Assembly: GCA_964497535.1 (NCBI GenBank)
Contig: CAZCCG010000001.1
Span: forward strand, 291,425 to 355,424
Length of the DNA: 64,000 nucleotides
Direction of reading: 5' to 3'
DNA from: an uncultured Gammaproteobacteria bacterium
GTDB taxonomy: Bacteria > Patescibacteriota > Microgenomatia > Levybacterales > UBA12049
Part shown: positions 20,832-31,000 of the stretch, piece by piece
How the letters are laid out: the number at the start of each line of letters is the position of its first letter
How positions within the stretch are numbered: the stretch's first letter is position 1
Notes under the pieces: generated by a model
Told to the model about the DNA's origin: nothing
What the model saw: the letters and a program-made list of their open reading frames with translations, nothing else
Database searches by the model: none
Made by a program: the position numbers and the translations under genes

Positions 20832-23171
20832 TTAGTAGTTGTCAACAATACTGCCAATTTCCACAGCAGTTAAGCCGGTCCGTAACGGAATTTTGGGAAA
20901 AATCGGCAATGCCAGTTTATCTACTGGAAGGGTTTGAAAGTTTTTAAAGTAGAAAATAATATTGATATACGTATCAGGGTGGGGGTTGAAAGTTAAGGGT
21001 AACAATTCTTTGGAGGTTGTATCATCAAAAAATGAAACCATCACATACGGGCTATTCATATGAGTTTTCCCAAAAACAATTAAGTCTTTTTTCTCTTGAG
21101 CATTGAGTCCCAAACGGCTTGCATACCATGTCAGTGTTTTATCAAGGTTGCTGGTAGAGGTCAGAGTTCCATAAGAAGGAGGCTTAATTGTCCGTGTTGG
21201 CATAAAGTCATATTCAATACTTGGATAGAAGGTACTATTGATTTTTAGGGTATTGTCTTTTTGCAATATAACAGTATATCCATTTTCATATCCTGGGGTA
21301 ATAGGGTGAACCGGAACATTCATCGTTATCTCGACACGGGTTCCCGGCTGACCATATATATAGAGGGGTGTATGAGCGCATTCTGCAACAACTTGTCCTC
21401 CTGCAAGACATTGATATATCGGGCGGCCGGTAACTGGGTCATATTTCATATTTGATGGAGTTGCTTTATATCCTTGGCATACAGATCCTTCAAGAGCTTC
21501 ACAAAGAGGATAGCCGGTGGGTTGAGGAGCCGGTGTTGTTGAAGGAGAACTAGTTGGTGGCGTAGGCAGAGGAGGTACAAAGCAATTCTCTTCTGTTGGG
21601 CCTGGTGTTGTATTAGGATTTTGGATACTGCTTGTAGGTGGGGTAAAGGTGTTCAGATGGATATTCTTTCCCGGTGTCTGAGTGGTGTTTGGATCTAATT
21701 GGGTTGATCCTTGCGCGTTAGATGGTTGTAGGGTGATAGAAGGATTAATTGAGGTATAACAGACTTCCGGTTTACTTTGTTGTTTAATACGGTTGGGAAT
21801 CAAAAGTGGATCGAATGGAATTTTTCCAATTTGGAGCGTATTTGTTTTTTGGTTTTGGTTTACTTCTGTTTTGGGAATATTTACCGTAGAGGTGAGTGTA
21901 ATAAACTGAATGGGATTAACTTGTATATCAACCGGGATATTTTGTCCTGTGGTAGTTACATACTGAGAAAATCCTGTGGCAAGAGGTTGATACGGAGAGG
22001 TAGAACCTAGATTTGAAAACTCATCAGATCCCTGGCTGAGATTTTCTAGTAAGACAATATTTCCAATTTTTGCCAGAGGTACTATTGTAGTAAGATTATC
22101 TGTCCCTACAGTTAATTTAGAAGGGGGTGAGGGACGAGACCCGACAGAAGAATAATAAAACCCTGAGGTTTGCGTAGATTCTGTAAATTGCTTGAAAAAG
22201 AGAGTGTCATTGTTAAATTGCCATTGTAGTGAGGAATATACAGCATTAGGTAGGTTGGTAACTTTCGTCCGTGTTTGAGTTGTAGTACTGAGTACTTCTA
22301 CGGTATTTGGATTGGTAAGTGCTTTCCTAAATCCGTTTTCCATCCCCGTTCCATCTCCACGTGATCCGTCATACCCCGTAAACGCAATAGAAGCTCCATC
22401 GGAGGAAAACAACGGTACTGAGCTATATGTTCCATTGGTCATTGAAGAAATGGTTTGTTTCTCTGTTCCTGTAATATCTGTCTTGCTCATACCATATGCC
22501 CACCCAGCTCCGGTATTCGGAAGAAATGTATCAAAAAAAGCAGTACCGCTACTCGTGACTCCAATTGGATAGTGAATAGGATCTTCTACCAACTCGTCAT
22601 AGATGAGATATTTTTGATCAGTATTTGACAATTGGATACCATAGATTTTAGATCGGCCACCATATAAACCGGTTGAGCGATCCTGAAATTTCACTTCCCA
22701 GACTACCAGATATTTCTTATTCGGAGATAATACGTAGTCATCGATTCCGTAGTCAGAATCAGCTGCAAAAAGTGTAGTAGAAGTATTTGTTAAAAAATTA
22801 TATTGAATGATTTCTTTTCCGTGATCAGAGTTGTCAACATGATCAATAAATAGAAATGAATTTGTTCCAAACGGCACAATTTTTTTAATATGTTGAGGAA
22901 GTTGGGCTAGAAGGTAGTTTTTGTGAGTTGGAATATCATACGCATAAAGTTGAGTAGTATCAGAGGAAGATGATCCATACACAAGAGCTTGTTGTATAGT
23001 CGTGAGAGTTGATAATTGAGAAGGATTTGTCGGTGAAGTCGGAGGGCTTTGAATAATAGATGCTCCTCCAACTATTACTAAAACTAAGCACAGCACAAGA
23101 AAAAGAGAAAAAGGGTATCTATTCGTACTCAGCCATGCAGTATTTATCCGGTAATTTTTTTGATTATTCAC
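20832..23171 (-). CDS. Membrane-anchored beta-propeller-like protein with C-terminal KPxIYLYP-like domain
   Basis: N-terminal TM; LSPNKKYL and FSSDGASIAF (TolB/PD40-like) blades; PT linker; TPLYIY...LGLN...AVEIG. Confidence 0.75.
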   Translation of the reverse strand: MNNQKNYRINTAWLSTNRYPFSLFLVLCLVLVIVGGASIIQSPPTSPTNPSQLSTLTTIQQALVYGSSSSDTTQLYAYDIPTHKNYLLAQLPQHIKKIVPFGTNSFLFIDHVDNSDHGKEIIQYNFLTNTSTTLFAADSDYGIDDYVLSPNKKYLVVWEVKFQDRSTGLYGGRSKIYGIQLSNTDQKYLIYDELVEDPIHYPIGVTSSGTAFFDTFLPNTGAGWAYGMSKTDITGTEKQTISSMTNGTYSSVPLFSSDGASIAFTGYDGSRGDGTGMENGFRKALTNPNTVEVLSTTTQTRTKVTNLPNAVYSSLQWQFNNDTLFFKQFTESTQTSGFYYSSVGSRPSPPSKLTVGTDNLTTIVPLAKIGNIVLLENLSQGSDEFSNLGSTSPYQPLATGFSQYVTTTGQNIPVDIQVNPIQFITLTSTVNIPKTEVNQNQKTNTLQIGKIPFDPLLIPNRIKQQSKPEVCYTSINPSITLQPSNAQGSTQLDPNTTQTPGKNIHLNTFTPPTSSIQNPNTTPGPTEENCFVPPLPTPPTSSPSTTPAPQPTGYPLCEALEGSVCQGYKATPSNMKYDPVTGRPIYQCLAGGQVVAECAHTPLYIYGQPGTRVEITMNVPVHPITPGYENGYTVILQKDNTLKINSTFYPSIEYDFMPTRTIKPPSYGTLTSTSNLDKTLTWYASRLGLNAQEKKDLIVFGKTHMNSPYVMVSFFDDTTSKELLPLTFNPHPDTYINIIFYFKNFQTLPVDKLALPIFPKIPLRTGLTAVEIGSIVDNY

Positions 23172-23246
23172 ACGTTATTCTTATATAGTACCGTTTTGCT
23201 TCAAAATGTGTCAAGCAGACCCTGTACCAACACGCAGTATCCAGTA

Positions 23247-23275
23247 TTGAAGGTTCATAGACGTTCTGGTATACT
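23247..23275 (+). promoter_or_regulatory. Sigma-70 promoter of the nusA operon
   Basis: TTGAAG-17-TGn-TATACT. Confidence 0.6.
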
Positions 23276-23322
23276 AATGACACGATTGACACGGATAGAA
23301 CCTGTTCGTGTACGCATATGAT

Positions 23323-24465
23323 ATGCCAGCAATACAACGAAGTGAATTTGCATTAGCACTGAATCAGATAGCCAACGAGCGTGGTGTAGACCCTTCTGTT
23401 GTTTTGGAAACGGTAGAGAATGCAATTTTAGCCGCTTATCGAAAGGACCACCCTGGAGTTGAAGTAGAAGAATATCAAGCAAAACTAAATCCGAATACCG
23501 GTGAAGCCCGAATTATACATAACGATGAGGATGTTACTCCCCCTGGATTTGGAAGAATTGCAGCTCAGACAGCCAAGCAGGTTATTCTACAAAAAATTCG
23601 TGAGAAGGAAAAAGAAGCAATTATTTCAGATTATAAAATAAAGATTGGATCGATAGTAAATGGTATGGTGTTGCGATTTGCAGGGCCAAATATAATCGTT
23701 GATCTTGGGAAGGCAGAAGGAGTTATGCCTCCTGCAGAGCAAGTTCCTGCGGAAAAATATCATCTGAATCAACGTATGTCGGTATATTTGGTTGAAATTA
23801 AAGAAGGAATGCGTGGGGAAGAAGTAATTGTATCCCGCGCGAGTACTGGACTCTTGGAAGGATTATTCAAACGGGAAGTTCCTGAGGTTGCAAGCGGAAG
23901 TGTGGAAATAAAAGCAATCGCACGGGAACCTGGGAATCGTTCCAAAATAGCAGTATATTCAACGCAACCGGGAATCGACCCTGTTGGTAGTTGTGTAGGT
24001 CAAAAAGGGGTTCGAGTTCAGGCTGTTATTCAAGAACTCGGAGGCTTTGAAAAAATTGATATTATTCAATGGCAGGAAAATGCCAAAGAATATATTGCCC
24101 AAGCTCTTTCTCCTGCAAAAGATTTAAAAGTAGAGATTAAAGAAGATGAAAAAGTAGCCTATGTATATGTACAGAAAGATGAACTCTCTTTGGCAATTGG
24201 AAAAGAAGGCCAGAATGTTAGGCTTGCATCAAAGTTAACGGGATATCGCATAGAAATTGAAGAGAAAAAAGAAGAGGGTGTCAGCGCAGAACCAGAAAAA
24301 GAAGAGGAAGTAGAAACAAAAAAAGCAGAAAAACCGAAGAAAATAAAAAAAGTAGCTGCGGAAGAGAAAAAAGAAGAATCAGTAGAACAAAAAGAGGAGA
24401 TAACCACAGATTCAAAAGGAGACACTCAAACGCCGGGAGAGACAGAATCCATGAAAGAAGAGTAA
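23323..24465 (+). CDS. nusA: Transcription factor NusA
   Basis: FGRIAAQTAKQVI, AREPG.RSKIAV, AIGKEGQNVRLA. Confidence 0.97.
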   Translation: MPAIQRSEFALALNQIANERGVDPSVVLETVENAILAAYRKDHPGVEVEEYQAKLNPNTGEARIIHNDEDVTPPGFGRIAAQTAKQVILQKIREKEKEAIISDYKIKIGSIVNGMVLRFAGPNIIVDLGKAEGVMPPAEQVPAEKYHLNQRMSVYLVEIKEGMRGEEVIVSRASTGLLEGLFKREVPEVASGSVEIKAIAREPGNRSKIAVYSTQPGIDPVGSCVGQKGVRVQAVIQELGGFEKIDIIQWQENAKEYIAQALSPAKDLKVEIKEDEKVAYVYVQKDELSLAIGKEGQNVRLASKLTGYRIEIEEKKEEGVSAEPEKEEEVETKKAEKPKKIKKVAAEEKKEESVEQKEEITTDSKGDTQTPGETESMKEE

Positions 24466-24515
24466 TTTTCAGGTCTCCTCATTTTACTTTTAAATTTAAA
24501 CGTGAATAATATACA

Positions 24516-25985
24516 ATGGCTAAAAATAAACATGAAACCCCATCATCCAATTCTATTCAACACATTGTTCCCGTTGTAGCGGTTCTGGGTCATGTAGATC
24601 ATGGAAAAACAACTCTTCTTGATGCCATCCGAAAAACTTCTATTGCGCAGCGTGAACATGGAGGGATAACCCAGAAAATTGGCGCTTCAGGTATTGAAGT
24701 TGTCTATGATAATCATACTCGTCGTATCACCTTTATAGATACTCCCGGACATGAAGCATTTATGCACATGCGTGGCCGGGGGGCTTTAGCTTCGGATTTA
24801 GCACTTCTTATTGTTTCCGCAGTTGATGGAGTAATGCCGCAAACGAAAGAATCAATCAGATTACTTCATGAGACAAAACTTCCTTTTATTGTCGTTTTGA
24901 CCAAAGCAGATATCCCTGATCGTAATCCACAAATGGTAAAACAACAGCTCGCCAAAGAACAAGTACTAGTAGAAGGATTTGGTGGAGAAATTCCAGTCAT
25001 TGAGGTATCGGCAAAAACGGGAGAAAACATAAAAGAGCTGTTAGATCTTATCCTTTTAGTATGGGATGTTACCTGCGAAACAGTATCAAAGCAGCATTCG
25101 CAGCCGTTTAAGGGGATCATTATTGAGTCAAGATTAGACACAAAAATAGGACCTCGGGCAACTCTTATTGTCAAAAGTGGAATGTTGAAGATAACAGATG
25201 AAATCATAGCACAGCATATCGCAGGGAAGGTACGGGCATTTATCACAGATTTGGGAGCTCATGTCTCAGAAGTCGGAGTAGGAGATGCTGTTGAAATACT
25301 GGGATTTGAGAAAGTACCCGCAGTTGGCAGCATCGTTCAAAAGAAAAGTGAAGCACAAGTTCAATCACCTCTTGAAGAAAAACAAAAACCTTCCGGACAA
25401 TTTCCTCAGCAGTTACCAGACGGGACGCTGTCTGTTATTCTCTGTTGTGATACGCAGGGTTCTTTGGAAGCCGTTGAGAATGCGTTACCCCCTGAAATTA
25501 ATCTTATCCAAAGAAAAACGGGAGAGATAACAGAAGGAGATGTTCTATTAGCACGATCAACTCAAGCAATTCTCATAGGCTTTAATGCAAAAGTACGTCC
25601 CGAAATTGAACGACTTGCACTTACAGAAAAGATATTATTAAAAAATTATCATCTTATCTATGAATTATTACAAGAGCTTCAGGATGTAATTGAAGGAAAA
25701 AAACTGGCAGCTGTAGAACAGGTTTTTGGGAAAGCAAAGATTTTAGCTACCTTTCCTTTTGAGAAACAAATGGTATTGGGAATATCGGTTCTGGAGGGAC
25801 GGGTTGCCAAGGGTGATAAGCTGCGCATTATGCATGGAGAGGAAATTAAAGGAGAATCTCATATCGTATCCTTGCGACGTGGGAAAGAGACAACTTCCAA
25901 AGTTGAGGCAGGAAACGAGGCAGGCATCATCATTGCTCCCGCGCTTGACTTTACTATAGGGGATATGGTAATATCCCATGGATAA
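24516..25985 (+). CDS. infB: Translation initiation factor IF-2 (no N-terminal extension)
   Basis: [25 protein letters not shown]; follows nusA. Confidence 0.95.
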   Translation: MAKNKHETPSSNSIQHIVPVVAVLGHVDHGKTTLLDAIRKTSIAQREHGGITQKIGASGIEVVYDNHTRRITFIDTPGHEAFMHMRGRGALASDLALLIVSAVDGVMPQTKESIRLLHETKLPFIVVLTKADIPDRNPQMVKQQLAKEQVLVEGFGGEIPVIEVSAKTGENIKELLDLILLVWDVTCETVSKQHSQPFKGIIIESRLDTKIGPRATLIVKSGMLKITDEIIAQHIAGKVRAFITDLGAHVSEVGVGDAVEILGFEKVPAVGSIVQKKSEAQVQSPLEEKQKPSGQFPQQLPDGTLSVILCCDTQGSLEAVENALPPEINLIQRKTGEITEGDVLLARSTQAILIGFNAKVRPEIERLALTEKILLKNYHLIYELLQELQDVIEGKKLAAVEQVFGKAKILATFPFEKQMVLGISVLEGRVAKGDKLRIMHGEEIKGESHIVSLRRGKETTSKVEAGNEAGIIIAPALDFTIGDMVISHG

Positions 25986-25994
25986 TATAGGCCT

Positions 25995-27149
25995 ATGAAT
26001 AACGACACAGTACAACGCCTCAAAGACCTCATTTCAAACACCCAATCGGTGGGTATAAGTGTGGGTAAAAACCCAAATTTGGATGAAATGGGAGCAGCAT
26101 TAGGACTCTACTTGAGCCTCAAATCTATGGGCAAGCAACTTACCATAGCTTCTCCAACGAATCCCTTAGTCGAAATTTCTTCTTTGGTGGGTATTAATAA
26201 AGTAAAAAAGAGCCTGGAAAGCGACGGAGGAGATTTGGTCGTATCGTTTCCATATCGAGAAGGAGAAATTGAAAAAGTATCCTATACGTTGGAAGATGGT
26301 TTTCTCAATATTATTGTAAAAGCAGGAGAGTTAGGATTGTCTTTTGATGAAAAAAGTGTCGAATATAAGCGTTCGGGTGGTGTTCCCGCACTCCTTTTTA
26401 TAGTAGGAACTCCACGGTTGTCTGATTTAGGAGCTATTTTTAATCCCGAAGCTCTGAAAAATACCACAATTGTTAATATTGATAACAAATCTGATAATCA
26501 AGGGTTTGGGGATATTGTGTTAGTATCTCAAAAGTTTTCTTCAGTTTCTGAACAAGTGGCACATCTGTTGTATTCACTCGGATTCCAGCTAGATTTAGAT
26601 ACCGCACAAAATCTGTTGGCTGGTATTTCCTTTGCAACAAATAATTTCCAAAAGCCCGGAACCAGTATTGTCGCGTTTGAAATGGCAGCTCTGCTTATGA
26701 AAAAAGGTGCAATTCGAGAAAGAAATACTCAACAGAAGAATACTATTGCAGATGGGTATGGGAATAAGCATCAAGGACCGCAGCAACAACCATCACAACA
26801 ACAACGACAATCTCAACCAGTTATGGATATGAGAGGAAATGGTCAACAACAACGACCATTCAATAGGTCACAGTTTGGACCACAGCAACAGCAACAACGA
26901 CAACCGTTTGTTCCACAACAGCAACAACCTCAGATTTCCCCTACTCAACCACAACCTGTAATGCAACATTCACCACAGCAACCACAGCAGCAGCCTCATC
27001 AAGTACAACCACAGAGGGCTCCGATGGCTATTACGCAACAGGATATGCAAGGTACGCAAGAAGCAAAAGAATCATCTGTACCACAAAGTAATGAAGCTCC
27101 TCCTGATTGGTTAACTCCCAAAATCTATAAGGGTTCTACTGTGGTATAA
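25995..27149 (+). CDS. Degenerate DHH/NrnA-like protein with Gln-rich tail
   Basis: DHH-fold spacing but motifs altered (PNLD, IVGT, IDNK, GISFAT). Confidence 0.7.
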   Translation: MNNDTVQRLKDLISNTQSVGISVGKNPNLDEMGAALGLYLSLKSMGKQLTIASPTNPLVEISSLVGINKVKKSLESDGGDLVVSFPYREGEIEKVSYTLEDGFLNIIVKAGELGLSFDEKSVEYKRSGGVPALLFIVGTPRLSDLGAIFNPEALKNTTIVNIDNKSDNQGFGDIVLVSQKFSSVSEQVAHLLYSLGFQLDLDTAQNLLAGISFATNNFQKPGTSIVAFEMAALLMKKGAIRERNTQQKNTIADGYGNKHQGPQQQPSQQQRQSQPVMDMRGNGQQQRPFNRSQFGPQQQQQRQPFVPQQQQPQISPTQPQPVMQHSPQQPQQQPHQVQPQRAPMAITQQDMQGTQEAKESSVPQSNEAPPDWLTPKIYKGSTVV

Positions 27150-27162
27150 TCTTCTTAGACTA

Positions 27163-27191
27163 TTGAGAATGGATAAAGAAGCTGCTATAAT
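27163..27191 (+). promoter_or_regulatory. Sigma-70 promoter of rpsO (leaderless)
   Basis: TTGAGA-17-TGn-TATAAT, then 6 nt to ATG 27198. Confidence 0.8.
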
Positions 27192-27197
27192 GTCTTC

Positions 27198-27467
27198 ATG
27201 CCGTTAAGTTCGAGTCAAAAACTTGATATCATTAAGGAATATCAAACAGTAGAAGGAGATACCGGAAGTCCGGAGGTCCAAATTGCACTTCTTACTAGAA
27301 GGATTGAAGGAGTAACTTCTCATTTGGGCTCCCATCAACAAGATACCCATAGCAGACGTGGTTTGCTCTCAATGATTGCTAAAAGAAGAAGATTATTAAA
27401 CTTCTTGACAAAAGTAGATAAAAAACGAGCCGAAGGAATTGCCAAAAAAGTAGGCATGAAAAATTGA
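27198..27467 (+). CDS. rpsO: 30S ribosomal protein S15
   Basis: DTGSPEVQIALLT, HSRRGLL. Confidence 0.98.
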   Translation: MPLSSSQKLDIIKEYQTVEGDTGSPEVQIALLTRRIEGVTSHLGSHQQDTHSRRGLLSMIAKRRRLLNFLTKVDKKRAEGIAKKVGMKN

Positions 27468-27527
27468 TTTGTACGATTAAGCGGTTATAAACCCTCTTAT
27501 TTTACATAAAACAGAACAAAATAAAGA

Positions 27528-29813
27528 ATGAAAACCTCAGTAGATTTAGAATTAACAGGAAAAAAACTCACATTTGAAACAGGTCAACTGGCTCCTCAAG
27601 CGACAAGTTCTATCCTTGCCAGGATGGGAGATACGGAAGTTCTCGTAACAGTAGTGCAAGGAAAACTGCGTGAAGATATTGATTATTTTCCTCTCTCTGT
27701 TGAATATATCGAACGGCTCTATGCCGGAGGAAGAATTAAAGGAAGTAGATGGGTAAAACGTGAAGGGCGTCCTACTGATGAAGCAATACTTATTGGTCGT
27801 TTGATTGATCGATCAATTCGTCCGTTGTTCCCTAAAACTTACAAAAATGAAGTTCAAATAGTTATAACAGTTTTATCAGTTGATGGAGAAAATGAACCTG
27901 ATATTTTATCCCTGAACGCGGTTTCTGCAGCGCTTGCTATTTCCCCAATTCCTTGGAATGGTCCTATTGGTGCAGTTCGAGTAGGAGTTATTGCCGATCC
28001 ACAAGCACAAACTTCAGAGTATATCTTTAATCCTATTAGTAGCGAGATGACGCATTCAGAACTTGATTTAGTAGTATCACAGTTGATGGATAAGACTGTC
28101 ATGATTGAAGCAGGAGCATTGCAAGTATCTGAAGACCTTATGCATGGAGCAATAGTAAAAGCTCATGCAGAAACACAAAAAGTAATTCAGTTTATTAATG
28201 AATTGGTAAAAAAAGTTGGACAGAAGAAAATAAGCGTTACAGATAACACACAACTTCAAGAGCTCATTCAAATCATGGAGAAATCTTACAAAGCAGAGAT
28301 CAAAAACATGATTGCGGGCCGTGTTAATAAAGAAGCTGGAGGAGGAACAGAAACAGAAGACTTCATCAAACAATTTATTGAACAGCAACAAGTATCAAAT
28401 CCAGATGCCACAATTGATAAAAAAAATATTGCAAAAGCATTGGAATATGTCATGTATAAAATAATTCGGCATGATACGTTAAAAACCAAAAAACGAGTAG
28501 ATGGTAGAGCAGTTGACGAAATTAGAAAAATAGATGTCCAAGTAGGTATTTTACCCCGAACTCATGGTTCTGCTATTTTTCAACGAGGGTTAACACAGGC
28601 TTTGACAGTTGTAACACTTGGGTCACCCCGTATGGAACAGCTTATAGAATCTGCGGAAGGGGAAGAAGCAAAAAGATATATCCATCACTATTCAGGTCTT
28701 CCTTACTCCTATGGTGATACAGGAAGAGTAGGGACACCCGGACGACGAGAAATCGGACATGGTGCACTCGCAGAACGAGCCCTGATGCCGGTAATCCCCA
28801 GCAAAGATAAATTTCCTTATACCATTCGGTTAGTATCTGAGGTACTTTCTCAAAATGGATCTAGTTCTATGGCATCTACCTGTGGTTCCACTCTTGCTCT
28901 TATGGATGCAGGAGTACCAATTACAAAACCCGTTGGAGGAATTGTTGTAGGAATGATGTCAGAGGGCGATGAATATCTTTTATTGACCGATATTATCGGA
29001 CTTGAAGATTTTTCAGGAGATATGGATTTTAAGGTGACCGGTACCGATAGCGGAATTACGGCGATTCAAATGGATGTGAAAGTCCCCGGACTTACCGATA
29101 AGCAAATCGTAGAGATTCTGGAACAAGCCAGAGTGGGACGGCTGTTTGTATTGGATAAAATGATGTCTATTATGCCGCAATCTCGTACACAACTTTCTGA
29201 ATATGCTCCAAAAATTGAAGTTGTTAAGATTGCTGTTGAAAAAATCGGAGAGGTTATTGGTCCCGGAGGGAGAGTTATTAAAAACATTATTGCTCAAACC
29301 GGTGCAACAGTAGACGTTGAAGATGATGGAACAGTTACGATTTCAGGAACAGTAACTGAATCGGTGGATAAAGCAGTAGAGTGGGTACAGGGATTGACCC
29401 GGGAAGTTTCTGCAGGAGAAGAATTCGAAGGAGAAGTGAAACGTATTCTTCCTTTTGGGGCATTTGTCGAAATATTACCCGGTAAAGAAGGCATGGTTCA
29501 TGTATCACAGATGTCTGCGGAATATGTTAAAAATCCGGCAGATATAGTAGCAATCGGCGATCATGTAAAAGTAAGAGTAGCGGAAATTGATGACCAGGGA
29601 AGAATTAATTTATCCATGCTTTTTGGAGAAGATGCCAAAAACAAACAATCATCCAGAGAAGCAGCTCCTCGTGAACGAGAACCTATAGAAGCACACAAGC
29701 CCCATCCGTTGTCAATGCAATTTCGAAGGGAACGTTCGGAAGAACTCCGCAAAAAATCAGGAAGAATGAGATCCACATCAGGGAGTCGTCCCCGTTTTCG
29801 AAAACCCTACTAA
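27528..29813 (+). CDS. pnp: Polyribonucleotide nucleotidyltransferase
   Basis: RLIDRSIRPLFP, RREIGHG, NGSSSMAS, GDMDFKV, KH and S1 domains. Confidence 0.98.
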   Translation: MKTSVDLELTGKKLTFETGQLAPQATSSILARMGDTEVLVTVVQGKLREDIDYFPLSVEYIERLYAGGRIKGSRWVKREGRPTDEAILIGRLIDRSIRPLFPKTYKNEVQIVITVLSVDGENEPDILSLNAVSAALAISPIPWNGPIGAVRVGVIADPQAQTSEYIFNPISSEMTHSELDLVVSQLMDKTVMIEAGALQVSEDLMHGAIVKAHAETQKVIQFINELVKKVGQKKISVTDNTQLQELIQIMEKSYKAEIKNMIAGRVNKEAGGGTETEDFIKQFIEQQQVSNPDATIDKKNIAKALEYVMYKIIRHDTLKTKKRVDGRAVDEIRKIDVQVGILPRTHGSAIFQRGLTQALTVVTLGSPRMEQLIESAEGEEAKRYIHHYSGLPYSYGDTGRVGTPGRREIGHGALAERALMPVIPSKDKFPYTIRLVSEVLSQNGSSSMASTCGSTLALMDAGVPITKPVGGIVVGMMSEGDEYLLLTDIIGLEDFSGDMDFKVTGTDSGITAIQMDVKVPGLTDKQIVEILEQARVGRLFVLDKMMSIMPQSRTQLSEYAPKIEVVKIAVEKIGEVIGPGGRVIKNIIAQTGATVDVEDDGTVTISGTVTESVDKAVEWVQGLTREVSAGEEFEGEVKRILPFGAFVEILPGKEGMVHVSQMSAEYVKNPADIVAIGDHVKVRVAEIDDQGRINLSMLFGEDAKNKQSSREAAPREREPIEAHKPHPLSMQFRRERSEELRKKSGRMRSTSGSRPRFRKPY

Positions 29814-29873
29814 GTAGGCTTTGATCTCTTCCAAACCTCGTAATTTAGTAAGAGATATTGTATTATTGTATAT

Positions 29874-30998
29874 ATGGAACCAACAGTGACTCCCGATCCT
29901 GCAGCAAATGCGGCTCCTCAATCTATCAACCAACAAACGGCGGCGAGCGATCAGCTCAGGCGGTTGGGAGAAAAGGTTGAGAAAACAGTCCTTCCTGATG
30001 ATCTCAAAAGAAATCTTACTGAGCGTATACAGCGATTGGCATTGCTGAGAGCCTCTTCAGGATTCTTGAGCTCAAATTACATTGTTGAATATGAAAGTAC
30101 TGCAGCATATGTCAATTGGGTTACTAATTTACCCTGGGCTATTCGGACAAAGGATATATTAGACTTAAATCATGCAAAAACAGTACTCGATCAGAATCAT
30201 TATGGCTTGAATGTTGTAAAAAACAGAATTTTAGAATATTTGGCAGCTATTATTTTGAATTTACAAAATAAAGATTCAGACCGTGTCTTACGAGCTCCAA
30301 TTCTGTGTCTGGTAGGATTGGCAGGTACAGGAAAAACCACCCTTGCCATTTCAATAGCAGAGGCCTTGGGAAGAAAATTCGAACGTATTCCTTTTGGAGG
30401 AATGGGTGATTCTCGAGCACTGAGAGGACAATCCCGGGCTTTTCCGGATGCGGAGCCAGGGCTTGTTATTAAAAAGCTTGCTCATGCGGGGGCAAAAAAT
30501 TGCGTAATACTTCTTGATGAACTTGATAGAGTATCAGAATCAGCTCGGGCAGATATTATGGGTGTTTTGATTGAGCTCTTGGATCCAGAACAAAATAAGG
30601 CATTTACAGATCATTATATTGATTATCCATTCGATTTATCTGAAGTTTTATTTATTGCTACATCCAACAATACCAGTAATATTGCCACAGCTGTTTTGGA
30701 TCGCCTGGAGATTATCCAAATGCCTTCCTATTCGGATGAAGAAAAAAATACCATTGCGAAGAGTTATCTATTCCCCAAGATTTTGAAAAATACCGGTCTT
30801 ACCCCGGCTCAGTTGGTAATTGACGATAACGTATGGGACAATGTTATACGACCGTTGGGATTTGACTCCGGAATCAGGAGTCTTGAGAGAACAATCGGAG
30901 GCGTATGCCGGAGAGTTGCGCGATATATTGTAGAAGGTAAAACTCCGGCGATTCGTATCACCAACGAAAATGTAAAAGAATTTTTACCAATGTATTAA
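29874..30998 (+). CDS. Lon-type AAA+ module without N- and protease domains
   Basis: LPW...LDQNHYGL.VK.RILEYLA, GLAGTGKT, LLDELD, LLDPEQN..F.DHY; ends after the helical lid. Confidence 0.88.
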   Translation: MEPTVTPDPAANAAPQSINQQTAASDQLRRLGEKVEKTVLPDDLKRNLTERIQRLALLRASSGFLSSNYIVEYESTAAYVNWVTNLPWAIRTKDILDLNHAKTVLDQNHYGLNVVKNRILEYLAAIILNLQNKDSDRVLRAPILCLVGLAGTGKTTLAISIAEALGRKFERIPFGGMGDSRALRGQSRAFPDAEPGLVIKKLAHAGAKNCVILLDELDRVSESARADIMGVLIELLDPEQNKAFTDHYIDYPFDLSEVLFIATSNNTSNIATAVLDRLEIIQMPSYSDEEKNTIAKSYLFPKILKNTGLTPAQLVIDDNVWDNVIRPLGFDSGIRSLERTIGGVCRRVARYIVEGKTPAIRITNENVKEFLPMY

Positions 30999-31000
30999 AT

